This document shows positions 52,210 to 64,000 of a stretch of 64,000 bases of DNA, piece after piece. The DNA is taken from assembly GCA_002269645.1 (NCBI GenBank), contig NIVC01000312.1, positions 372,001-436,000 of the forward strand. Direction: 5' to 3'. Position numbers and translations under genes: made by a program. This stretch comes from Macrostomum lignano (taxonomy: Eukaryota). Position 1 is the stretch's first letter; every line of letters starts with the position of its first letter. Under the pieces are notes generated by a model. That model was not told the origin of the DNA, made no database searches, and saw only the letters and a program-made list of their open reading frames with translations.

Positions 52210-53390
52210 TTCCTGCCTGAGAATCTACCCCATAGATCTCTCCCTGAGAATCTACCCCATACATTAGATCTTTCCTTGAGAATCTACCCCATACATTAGA
52301 TCTCTCCCTGAGAATCTACCCCATAGATCTCTCCCTAAGAATCTACCCCAAAGATCTCTCCCTGAGAATCTGCCCCATAGATCTCTCCCTAAGAATCTAA
52401 CCCATAGATCTCTCCCTAAGAATCTACCCCATAGATCTCTCCTAAGAATCTAACCCTTATATCTCTCCCTGAGAATCTAACCCATAGATCTCTCTGAGAA
52501 TCTAACCCATAGATCTCTCTCTGAGAATCTAACCCATAGATCTCTCCCTAAGAATCTACCCCATAGATCTCTCCCTGAGAATCTAACCCATAGATCTCTC
52601 CCTGAGAATCTAACCCATAGATCTCTCTCTGAGAATCTAACTCATAGATCTCTCCCTGAGAATCTAACCCATAGATCTCTCTCTGAGAATCTAACCCATA
52701 GATCTCTCTCTGAGAATCTAACCCATAGATCTCTCCCTGAGAATCTAACCCATAGATCTCTCCCTGAGAATCTAACTCATAGATCTCTCCCTGAGAATTT
52801 AACCCATAGATCTCTCCCTGAGAATCTAACCCATAGTTCTCTTTCTGAAAATCTAACCCATAGATCTCTCCCTGAGAATCTAACCCATAGATCTCTCTCT
52901 GAGAATCTAACCCATAGATCTCTCCCTGAGAATCTAACCCATAGATCTCTCTCTGAGAATCTAACCCATAGATCTCTCTCTGAGAATCTAACCCATAGAT
53001 CTCTCTCTGAGAATCTAACCCATAGATCTCTCTCTTAGAATCTACCCCATAGATCTCTCTCTTAGAATCTACCCCATAGATCTCTCCCTAAGAATCTACC
53101 CCATAGATCTCTCTCTTAGAATCTACCCCATAGATCTCTCCCTGAGAATCTACCCCATAGATCTCTCTCTCTTAGAATCTACCCCATAGATCTCTCCCTG
53201 AGAATCTAACCCATAGATCTCTCCCTGAGAATCTAACCCATAGATCTCTCCCTAAGAATCTACCCCATAGATCTCTCCCTGAGAATCTAACCCATAGATC
53301 TCTCTCTGAGAATCTAACCCATAGATCTCTCCCTGAGAATCTAACCCATAGATCTCTCCCTAAGAATCTATCCCATAAATCTAACCCTGA
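52210..53390. repeat. 27-bp minisatellite (CCTGAGAATCTAACCCATAGATCTCTC)
   Basis: Visible array. Confidence 0.96.
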
Positions 53391-53801
53391 GAATCCAACA
53401 AGGAAATCGTCTTGCCCCCGAAATCTTTCTTTTAGACAATCTACCACAGAATATCTCACCATGAGAATTCCACTAAAATAAAAATGAGTTGTCAATAACT
53501 GTTTATCTCTGCGATGTGTTTCGAAGAATTCGCCACTTTCGACTCTGGCCACTCCCGGATCCAACAGTGTTAAAGCATCGTGCTGGTTATACCATTACAA
53601 TAAAATTGTCAAAATATGGTAAACCAGATTTATCAACAATTTCATATTAAAAGTTTCTTATATATTCTGTTACTAATTTAGCAATGTCCAATCATAGTCA
53701 TTTCATTGCTATATACACATAGATAAGTCTTAATGCAGTGCAGCTAACTAATAGTTGCTGATATGCCTATTATTCAAGCGTTCATATAGTAATCAATTTG
53801 G

Positions 53802-55848
53802 TGATGTAACCGCCCTTGTCGCCTGTCCGCTCCGTAGAGAGACGAACGCATGACTAGAGGGGGCAATGACCGTAGGCTGCCTATGACCGGGCAATGACCT
53901 GACGGACCTCCAGCAACAGACTGTCCCGCCCACATGATTGATAGCTTTGGTAGCGCTTTGTGACCAGAGGGCCAAGGATCCACATGGACCCCACCTGTAG
54001 CCAAGGTGCAATAGTTGGTCACTCGGTCATAGTATGACCGAGTGGCTGCCACCACTATGTGACCTGGCGCACCTGGATCTTTCTACCAGACCTCTCGAGG
54101 CTAGAGCCCCGCCTGGGATGGTTACCAGGAGATTTAGGCTAACAGGGGAGACACATGCAGCCGAGTACAGGGACTCTGCTTGGGGCATGATCGGGAACTC
54201 TGGGCTCAATCTGGAGGATTTCTCAGCAGGGGATCCTTTGTGGCTGTGAGCGAGGCTGACTTGCGACTTTGATTACTAAGAGTAGTATGAGGCGAACATG
54301 TACTGTCTATAGTTTAGATTGCTCAGGGCGAAGGGACGCGTCAGCATGGGGTTGCAACCTTCCTACTGCCATTCTGTGCCAAGACTCGCTAATCCCTCTA
54401 CTGCACGCATACACGGCCCCGCAGCACGCACTCACAGGCGAGCTTTGCACGGGGAGAGGCCATTAGCTTACCCAAACTTCCCTATGCTTTGCCACCCCGG
54501 GAGAAAGGCTTAGCAAGCCATGAGTGAAATGATGGTGAAAGAGTGAATAATGATGAGGTTAGTTAATAGTTAATAATTAGGCCCTTAGGCAAATAATCAG
54601 GCAATTAGGCGGCTTCACTATTGAGTAAAAATACAGCAAAAGGTACGGTATCACAACTGGCTCAGCTCTCTAATCAGACAATGGAAAATAGGCAAACTCC
54701 GGATAAGCAAAGGCAATTAGAGCACAAATCAGTAACAGGAACTTACCGGCAGCTGCGCAGAGAGAGAGAGAGGCACCGAGGGCGGCTGTAGGCTGCAGTC
54801 AGGCGGACCGTGAAGCGGACGGAGGCGGACCGACGAGGCGCTGGTGTAGATCAGGCGAAGCTGATGATGCTGGGCGGTGTCAGACCGCTGGCCGATAGGC
54901 GAGCTCACTTGGGGAGCTGAAGATAACTTGGCGGTAACAGACCGCGAACCGGCAGGGATTCGTCTTATAGACGAATGGGTCAGAACTCAGTCTGACGGCA
55001 AGTATAAAGAGAGACTAGGAGCCCGAAGGTGGGCAAAAGTGGCAAAAGCGGCAAAAGAGCTGAGGATTCTCATGCCGAAATCGCTTCCTTTTATAGCCTT
55101 CCCAGCCGCCGCTCCAAGGTCGTTTCCATGACTCCCTCTCTCTGATTGGCTGCCGGCAGAATGACGTCAGAATGAGTCATGATGAGAAGCATGAGACCGG
55201 CATAGCAACATGAGAATTAGAGAAATTGCGCAATCCGGAGGCGGGGTGGGGGGATAATTGGCGCAGCGGGAGGTCGCGAAAGTGTTGCGCAAGCAAACAT
55301 TGAGAACAATGGGGCTGGGGTCGAGAACAAAGGAATTGGAAATCGGGGATAATTGGGGAGAATCAAGAACAATGGCGTGAGAAAATGTTGCGCAAGAGAG
55401 GGGGATGAGTCATCGATGAGTCACCGAGGGGGAGAAGGGGTCACACGACTTGCGTCACCGTTTGGGAGTTTGAGAGGGGATGGGGAGGCGGTGAGCACAC
55501 AAAATACTGTAAGTAGACACAGAGAAAGAGGGGACAGCGCAGGAAAAGAGTGCAGAGGGAGACAAAAAGAGGGGAGATAGGGAAAGTACAAGAAAACCAG
55601 GACGGAAAACAGGAGAGATAGGGTAGAGGGGAGGGTACAGAGAGGGATAGGGGGCTCCGGAAAGGCAGGTGTGGCGGCAGGGGAGACGGAACCAAGGCAG
55701 CAGGGGGGTGCAGCAGAGCGGGAGTCTCCAGGCCTGGTCGGAGACGTGGCCGAGTCTCGACAGCTCTGTGCAGGGGGGTACACGGGATAGGAGGCACTTA
55801 CGAAAAAGTTCCCATGCCCTATCCCGCGACCAGAGCGTGGTTACATCA
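53802..55848 (-). mobile_element. Probable solo LTR, about 2.05 kb
   Basis: Termini TGATGTAACC...GGTTACATCA (10-bp inverted repeat, TG..CA); flanks ttgg and atgg match at 3/4; minus-strand promoter array of AP-1 TGAGTCA, CRE TGACGTCA, CCAAT (about 55145) and TATAAAA (55095-55089); no coding domain recognised. Confidence 0.6.
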
Positions 55849-55951
55849 ATGGTAATAATTATAATTAATTAGGTGTTTATTGATGATAGACATTTCAGCA
55901 ACGAGAATAACTATACTGCTATTTAGATAGATTTGCATGTGGCTACATGTA

Positions 55952-56352
55952 TCGCTTTTGACGGTCTAAATGGGAATTCGGACAGTCAAAACCGGACGCC
56001 GTAGACATTCAAGACAGGCTACAGACTCTGGCTGCTTGGGAATGCACAGACATAGAATGTGGAATATGAACAAACGAAAATGGTAAAAGCCATTCAAAAC
56101 GGGAATTCACCCAATTTATTGTATTTTTTATATCTCAGGAAGGAGGGACACAGAGTTATAAAATCTCAGTCCGATTACCCTTTTGAATGGCCTTTTTCCA
56201 TATTGAATGACCAAAGTTATAGTCTATGGCCAAGCCTCCCTCAGTAGACTTTGCTTAACTGCTAAAGTCCATGACTAGGGTGAGATCTGTGACGTGGCTT
56301 GAATGTCTATGGCGTCCCATTTTAAGTGTCCCAATTAGATCGTCAAAAGCGA
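55952..56352. mobile_element. Old MITE with long imperfect TIRs and TA TSD
   Basis: TA-tcgcttttgacggtctaaatggga...ggacgccgtagacattcaag matches the reverse complement of cttgaatgtctatggcgtcc...tcccaattagatcgtcaaaagcga-TA. Confidence 0.7.
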
Positions 56353-56728
56353 TATTAAACTGGAATATTTGAAACTCGTATCGTCAGTGAATAAAATATG
56401 ATCTAAAGAATGTATAGCGCAGGATAGGACTTCGCCATAGACAATTTCGTTTGAGAAAAATTCGCGCTAAAAAACTCCGATTTTTATGTTCTATGCTCAT
56501 TTCTAAGAAATGAGTCCTTCAGCTACTTCAGCTGTCCATGCATTTACATGTATATGTACATACACTGAGTACGCACGTACAGTTAAAATATGACCCACAA
56601 ATTGGGGTTACAATTGCAAAGCAAAAAACACAGGAATCTATCATAAATAAACAGCTAGTCAAAGTGAAAGAAGGCAGAGTGTAAGTCACAAGTTACATGT
56701 ACGACTGTTTGGGTAGTTTGAATAACTG

Positions 56729-59700
56729 TCAGTTGATCCTATTCACCATCTCGAAAGTTGTGAAACTTCGCTGGACCCAAGGCGAGGAGCCGTTAACTTT
56801 GATATTACTTGCTTCTTTAAAGAATGTGGACGTTGCTAAGCCTTTTTTCTGAACTGCCGGAAGCTTCAGTCGAGTTGTCGAGGATGTCGACTGGTTCGAC
56901 AAAACGCCGCCTCCGCCGTGTAGCTTGTCGAATCTGCCGGAGGAATCGATCTGCAGCCGGCGCACCGTCGCCAACACTTCGCCGCGTCGCCAACGCTTCC
57001 AGTCGGTCTGGCCCTGACAGGCCCGGCGAAGACGCTTATCCGACGGCTGTTGGACGGCGGCGACAGTGGCGGCTGCTGTTGCGGCGTCGGGAGTCAGGAC
57101 CGACAGCAGGGTGGCGCGGGAGACGGCCAACACGTGACAGCCGCGGCTCACCAAACGGAAGGCGCGAGTGGCGTCTGGACCGGCAGCCAGGCCCTGAGCA
57201 GAATGAACAGATTTGTAATTACAGCTTGATTGATACTTAGCGTTACAGCGAAAGTTTAGCTCCATGCAGAGTTTACAAAAGCCGCCGTGCAAACAAAACT
57301 ATATGAAATTTTATAGCCACAAGTGGATTCCAACTCAAGCTCTGAAACCGAAGCGAGGGACTCGGTGTGGGATAAAGTTGCATTTCTCTAGTTGACTTGT
57401 CGGACTTCGGCCTCTTTCCAGTGCTACATCCCCTTTTGATGACCTCATAGAATTTAAACTTTCCAAAGCATCTTACGATCATGCAACTCACAAAAGCACT
57501 GCCGGGCACCAGACGGCCAACTTTAGCCATGAGGCAGTCGGGCTCGTTTAGCAGTCTATAGCAGTCGGCTGAACCGGACATCAGAAACCAGACGCAGTCG
57601 GTTCGACGCGAGTCCGACACAATCTGACAGCCGTCCAGATAGTCCAGCTGAACGCAACTGCTGGCAAGGCTGTTGATCTTAGCCTCAGCCGGTTCGGGCT
57701 CGACAGACTGCGGTTCTGACTCCGTCTCGGTGCGAGATCCGTCTTCGCTGACAGCTGGCTGTCTAGCTGGTGACGCGAGGCTTGACAATAGTGGCACACG
57801 TCTGAAGATTGTTGGACGTTTTTCTAGGATAAACGATTGTTGATTCTCATTATCTGAAATAAAACTATTGATCAAGCGGTACCTATCGTGTAAAAAAGCC
57901 CGACGATGGACGCAACCCTGAGCCCGATCAAAATCTGATAACTTGTAAACGTAGTTTCAAAAGCTTTTGAGTCTAACATCAATCAGTTCGGTTGTAAAAA
58001 AAATTTACGACATTTTCCCTGAATACTCATTGGATTTAGTTTCAATCAATACATGAAATATTGCTATAAATACCTTAAAAATTGAACAGTCTGCTCAACT
58101 CTAGCCCTAAAGTACGCAGCCAGACCAGACTCAGCGAAGCACTCATCGTAGATAATTAGCAACTCCGTCAGCTGCGTCTCCGTAGTAACGGTGGCATTTC
58201 GATTTGTCTCCAAAAGCAACGCTCTCTCGCCGAATGCGTCGCCTTTGCGCAGGCGAACGGACTCTGAGCCGGCGTCCGTGCTGGCCGCCGTTCTGACCAC
58301 GACACCGCCCGAGAAGATCATGTAAAATGAGTAGCCGATGTGGCCCTCGCGAAGTACGTCGCGGCCCTTCTCTAGCCTGGGGAGGCAGAATTGTTTTATT
58401 TAAAATCTATCGCATGTAATTGATGGTAAAATAGTATTATCTTACCACGTAAACAATAAGTCGCTGACACTGGGGACTTAATTTAATTAAACCAATTGAC
58501 ATTCACCCGACGTACATGTATATCATCGTCAGCTGTCGGCGTATTCTAAAAATAGCCATTTGCCAGTGACGACCTTTGACATTAGCGATGTCGGGTACGT
58601 CGACAGACATTGGAATGTTGCAGGGGTTAGTGTGACTAGTGGAAGAATAAGAACAAACGAAGGACTCCGAATAATGTGTAAATTGTATTGACCCCATTTT
58701 TTACGTTAAATTCATTCCAGAGATCATTACATCGAACCGTTTTGGCGGTTAAGTCTCGATTGTGTTTCTATAACTATTTTTAATTTTAATAATGTCTATA
58801 AGCTGCCGAATCAATTCTTGGACCTTACTCGACTGAGAATTATTCATTACGAGTATTATTTAATTGAATTTTACACGTTCGTAAGTCACGGAAAAACTAA
58901 TGGTTCTGTCTATGGATTTGAAAATGCATATACAGAACTGTGTTGTCTCATCATTTCGAGGGCGCCACTAAGCATTAACCATAGACGAAACTAGCGGGCT
59001 TTTAGTTAGCACTAAACTGACCATATCTCATATTTTCAAGACTTCTGCATTGCAAATAAAACAAGTGTTACAAGTTCTATTTTAGCCCGTACATGTAGTT
59101 ATTAGAAGCTATAGATACTACACCATTTTACCCTCGATTTTGAACAAGGAGAACTTCGAAACTGACAAACTCCTCTTCAATATTGACACTCTATGGTCGG
59201 GCACTCAAAATCTACAATCAATATTGACAGATCAAGCTTCATTTTTGACAAACTCTGGTTCAATTTTGACAATGCACGTTTAGTCAACTTCTCCTGGGAG
59301 AATTCGGTAACAAAGTAATCCAATGAAAGCCTGAACGGGGCTGAAGTGAGCTGTGCAAAATCAGCTTATTCTGACTTTGCTTTTTGGATCTACAAGTATT
59401 GATAAAATTTATTTTTCTCTATCCTTTACACACAGACTAAAATAGCCTGACTGGTTGGGCTGCAAAGTCTGATTCTATTTTGACAGAGTTGCTTCAAAAC
59501 TGACACTCTATGGTTTGTGTACCCAAAAAGTCCGCTTCATTTTTGACAACTCCGAATCAATATTGAACAGTTAACAATCGATTTTGACTAAGACATTTTT
59601 TGAAATAGATTTTAACAATTTTTACTACGATTTCTCTCTTGAGGGGGGGTACTTGCTATTTGGGAGAAGGGGTACTGGCTGCATGTATCTACGAGTACAT

Positions 59701-61600
59701 GTATGGGAATATTTCTATCCAGGGATGCTTGCTATCTGGGTGGATGTTTGCTACCTGGATGATGCTTGCTATCTGCAAGATGCTTGCTATCTGGGTGAAT
59801 GCTTGCTATCTGGGTGAATGCTTGCTATCTGGGTAGATGCTTCTATCTGAGGGATGCTTGCTATCTGGGTGAATGCTTGCTATCTGCAAGATGCTTGCTA
59901 TCTGCAAGATGCTTGCTATCTGCAAGATGCTTGCTATCTGCAAGATGCTTGCTATCTGCAGGATGCTTGCTATCTGGGTGTATGCTTGCTATCTGGGTGA
60001 ATGCTTGCTATCTGGGTGTATGCTTGCTATCTGGGTGGATGCTTGCTATCTGGGTGGATGCTTGCTAGCAGATAGCAAGCATCCCTCAGATAGAAGCATC
60101 TACCCAGATAGCAAGCGTGCACCCAGATAGCAAGCGTGCACCCAGATAGCAAGCATCCACCCAGATAGCAAGCATACACCCAGATAGCAAGCATCCTGCA
60201 GATAGCAAGCATCTTGCAGATAGCAAGCATCTTGCAGATAGCAAGCATTCACCCAGATAGCAAGCATCCCTCAGATAGAAGCATCTACCCAGATAGCAAG
60301 CATTCACCCAGATAGCAAGCATTCACCCAGATAGCAAGCATCTTGCAGATAGCAAGCATCATCCAGGTAGCAAACATCCACCCAGATAGCAAGCATCCCT
60401 GGATAGAAATATTCCCATACATGTACTCGTAGATACATGCAGCCAGTACCCCTTCTCCCAAATAGCAAGTACCCCCCTCAAGAGAGAAATCGTAGTAAAA
60501 ATTGTTAAAATCTATTTCAAAAAATGTCTTAGTCAAAATCGATTGTTAACTGTTCAATATTGATTCGGAGTTGTCAAAAATGAAGCGGACTTTTTGGGTA
60601 CACAAACCATAGAGTGTCAGTTTTGAAGCAACTCTGTCAAAATAGAATCAGACTTTGCAGCCCAACCAGTCAGGCTATTTTAGTCTGTGTGTAAAGGATA
60701 GAGAAAAATAAATTTTATCAATACTTGTAGATCCAAAAAGCAAAGTCAGAATAAGCTGATTTTGCACAGCTCACTTCAGCCCCGTTCAGGCTTTCATTGG
60801 ATTACTTTGTTACCGAATTCTCCCAGGAGAAGTTGACTAAACGTGCATTGTCAAAATTGAACCAGAGTTTGTCAAAAATGAAGCTTGATCTGTCAATATT
60901 GATTGTAGATTTTGAGTGCCCGACCATAGAGTGTCAATATTGAAGAGGAGTTTGTCAGTTTCGAAGTTCTCCTTGTTCAAAATCGAGGGTAAAATGGTGT
61001 ATGCCTACTATGTACATGTATGTTCGTGAAGCTGTATCCTTCGAAGTTTTTTCAGTGTTGACTGTGTAGATAATTTATATCTGACCAACCTCATGTAGAA
61101 GGCCTGCTCAGCCAGTCGTTGCAGCAACTGCTCCGGCAGTCGTCTGCAAAACTTCAACTGTCGCATCAGCGTCCTGATACAGTCGACATCATCGCTTGTT
61201 CGATGCTGCGGCAGGCGCAGCACGGGCCCGATTGCGTACCTGGGCCAGCGATACTCATCGCCGGTACTAAATCGATACTCGGCAGCGTCGAATTCCAGGT
61301 AGCCATCGGATTCTGAGTAGAACCTGGCCAGACTTGGCTGCTGCTGCGCCGCTGTGGCAGCCGCTGTCGATAGGGGCGCGTGGACGCCGGCTTCGCGGGC
61401 GCACTGGGAGAAAGCCAGACTGACTCGGCAGAGCACCCGAACAACGGTGGCTTTGCGACGGAGCAGGCCCTGCAGCTGATGCCGGTGCTCTCGACTCGGT
61501 TGTTGATCGTCAGGCTTCTGCTGCAACTGCGTCTGGTTTTGTGGCACTCCGGCTCGCTGCTGTTCAACATCACTTTGCTGCTGTTGTTGTTGGATGCAGT
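56729..61600 (-). CDS. Tandem cyclic-nucleotide-binding-domain protein (CNBD1/CNBD2-like); exons about 61600-61090 (5' end uncertain), 58376-58074, 57801-57492, 57193-56729
   Basis: Phase-consistent GT-AG junctions (phases 2, 2, 0). CNB1: RTSDDV..IRTLMRQLKFCRRLP...VLREGHIGYSFYMIFSG.V...GDAFGERALL..TNRNATV. CNB2: RVPLLSS...CVWFLMSGSADC...GSAF/GL...RAFRLVSRGCHVL. Tail PSDKRL...WKRWR. No in-frame ATG found for the first exon. Confidence 0.75.
59121..60999. mobile_element. Foldback element: about 1.9-kb near-perfect palindrome with internal 20-bp subrepeats and TA flanks, in the CNBD-gene intron
   Basis: TA-caccattttaccctcgattttgaacaagg... mirrors ...ccttgttcaaaatcgagggtaaaatggtg-TA; duplicate opposite-strand ORFs 59584..59817 and 60285..60536; orientation flips at tgctagca (60064-60071). 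Confidence 0.9.
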
Positions 61601-63059
61601 TACAGTTTTAAAATATTGAAACGTAGAACGTAGCATGCCATATAAGCGTAGAGCAAATGAAGAATTCTGTGCTAATTAGCTATTAATTCCTGTCGCTTCT
61701 AATGAGATTTGAGTCGAAGTTTTTCTACTGCGCAATGTTTTTTTAATTAGGTCAGTCTTTTTCTTGCCAAAATTCTTAGAAAATTCTCTACGTCTTAAGC
61801 CTCATAAGCTTTGTGTCGTACGTTGACCCAGCTAGTGGCGGCAATGCCGTGCAGCAATCAGACGTTCTATCGATGTCGCCGACAAACATGTACTTTTACA
61901 TTCCATCCATGGATAACAACGTCATACGAATTGAACGTCGGTGTAATGTTAAAGTACATATTATTCGACGACGTCGGGAAAGTCGGATTGCTGTACAGGA
62001 ATGTGACGCCTTTTATGGCATTTGATCGATTAGGTTGGGTAGGTTGTGTTATGAAATGTATCCAGTACACCCTGTGTGAGCGTGTTATATAAGTGCATGC
62101 CTGCCTACAGCAGAATTTTAACTTTTATTATGCTTCCACTTCATATTTCCATACTGACGACTATATAATTTTAGCAAAGTGGGTTACTGCAGTACTCAAA
62201 TCTCATTATCAATGCTCAAGGAGCATTAGAAGTAGACTTCTAAATGATGTCCAGCAGTTTTATAATTTGTCTCAGTTTTCCTGAATGAATCATAGGCTAA
62301 CACGAGCGTAATAGTAACATTAAAGGTTAAATCAAAATTTAGATCGCAATTTCACGCATATAGTGAGGAACATTTTTGCAGCAAGTTAGCTACGTAGGAA
62401 CAAAAAATTAAGATCCCATGAGTTCGACTTTTACTCACCGGATTTGTTAAAGTCTGAACAGTTTCAGCGTTATGAGACATTTTCTAAGTTCATAAGAGTA
62501 TAACCTGATTTATTATTGGAGCTGAGTTGTATTGCAAATCCAGATTAGAATCTTTTCTCCGATTTAGCCAGAAACCTTTCCTTTTCTTGGTCCTTAACTC
62601 GTCAAATTACTTCAGGCCGCGTTACAGGCATTGGTCGAGAGCGAGTTTTGAGCCAATAAAAGCAAATTTGCACACTCACGCATTAGCGCATATAACATTA
62701 ATTATGTATTGTTTGCGCAAGCGAGCTGCACAAGTACATGCATTGGCCCGAAATGACGCATTACATGTGTATAGACTTTGGGCACTGAAAAGACGAATTA
62801 TTGTAGACAAACTTGTGTAAGCGGCAGAATGTTGGCTAACTTTACTCACAGAGCCAGGAGAGGAAGTTAGCTAGCTAAAAGCTCGCTTCCCTGAGAATAT
62901 CTCTGTGTGCTTAGAAACCATGCAGAACCCTGTGAATGTGATGTGTGCGCTTTTGGCGAATGTTTAATTAGATATAGTGATTCGTATTTTGGCTAACTAT
63001 ATAACTACAGCCGTCCAAGTGACTGAAGAACCCTTCTTTGTGCAGTGGTTATTTCGCAT

Positions 63060-63570
63060 ATTGAAAGCTGATTTCGGGTCTTTCGGTTGACTCTCCTGAG
63101 TATCTTTTAAGCTCTCTCTGAGTGTCTTTTAGGTGTGACTCTTTTAAGTGTTTTCGGTTGACGTTCTTGAGCGCCTTTTAAGGGATTCTTAAGCGTATTT
63201 TAGGGTGACTTTCTAAAGTGTCTCTCTAGAGTGTGGGATTTTGAGCGTCTTTTAAGTGCCTCTCGAGTGTCTTTCGGGTGACTCTCTTAAACGTCTTTTA
63301 AGTGCCTCTCGAGTGTCTTTTGGGTGACTCTCTTGAGTGTATTTTAAGTGCCTCTCGAGTGTCTTTCGGGTGACTCTCTTGAGTGTCTTTTAAGTGCCTC
63401 TCGAGTGTCTATCGGGTGACTCTCTTTTAAGTGACCCTCGAGTGTCTTTCGGGTGACTCTCGAGTGTCTTTCGGGTGACTCTCTTGAGTGTCTTTCGGGC
63501 GACTATCTTGAGTGTCTTTAGGGTGACTCTCTTGAGTGTCTTTTAAGTGACTTTTTTAGGACTGAGTGCC
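63060..63570. repeat. Degenerate array (GGGTGACTCTCTTGAGTGTCTTTTAAGTGCCTCTCGAGTGTCTTTC)
   Basis: Visible recurring motif. Confidence 0.8.
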
Positions 63571-64000
63571 TTTTAGGTAACTATTTGACAGTTTAAATTA
63601 CGACTATTAAATATAGGGGTTTTGGAGATCGTATTAAGGATACATGTAGCTCCGTAAGCTTCTAAAGTGACAGTTCAAGTGTGTTGCAAAAGATTCTCAT
63701 AGCACTTAAGTGCTCAGATTTTTCGGCTGTTCACACAATCGCGCAAATGAAATATGAAAGTATTTTATTTAAGTGAGGTACAAAATGACAAATAAAACGC
63801 ATTTTCTACATTACACAACAAATTTTATAAGAAAAAGTGATTTCGACTTGCTGTCCTGATTAAGTCAGTGCAAAACGCATTGGATATACGCTGTATAACG
63901 ACTTTATTCAATTACCAAAATGTCAATGATATACATGTTAAAATTGTCTCTGTTAACTGTTAACGAGAAAAAGCTTTAAAAAGTTTTGATAAAGCTGTGC

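Noticed and set aside
61166-61636. 156-aa ORF as the first exon of the CNBD-like gene
   Set aside because: It is in a different frame from the CNB-domain sequence; the true start is unresolved and may lie in an upstream exon.

Overview
This is eukaryotic (animal) genomic DNA, not prokaryotic. GC-rich exons sit among introns packed with intron-specific minisatellites, a style suggestive of a free-living flatworm such as Macrostomum (inference only). Genes I could assemble by hand with phase-consistent GT-AG splice sites: the last exon of BBS8/TTC8; a neuropeptide prohormone with 20 KR-flanked tetrapeptides (17x APFW, no amidation Gly); a small secreted single-WSC-domain protein; a thioredoxin-fold protein (CQIC); a two-exon PTF1A with both RBPJ-binding motifs; an intronless Q-rich protein with a degenerate KH-like C-terminus; a 12-exon CCDC158-like coiled-coil gene; a frameshifted GT31 glycosyltransferase-like gene; and a CNBD1/2-like cyclic-nucleotide-binding gene. 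Mobile DNA: a full-length RNase H-bearing LINE with an 11-bp TSD, whose 5' end shows partial HDV-like ribozyme hallmarks; an 806-bp non-coding retroposed element with an 18-bp TSD; a tRNA-derived CORE/Meta-like SINE; a probable 2-kb solo LTR; a MITE; and a 1.9-kb spacerless foldback palindrome. The most novel-looking items are the APFW prohormone, the LINE 5' RNA structure and the giant intronic palindrome. Most long ORFs in the track are translation artefacts of tandem repeats. All family assignments are from visual motif recognition; no searches were run.
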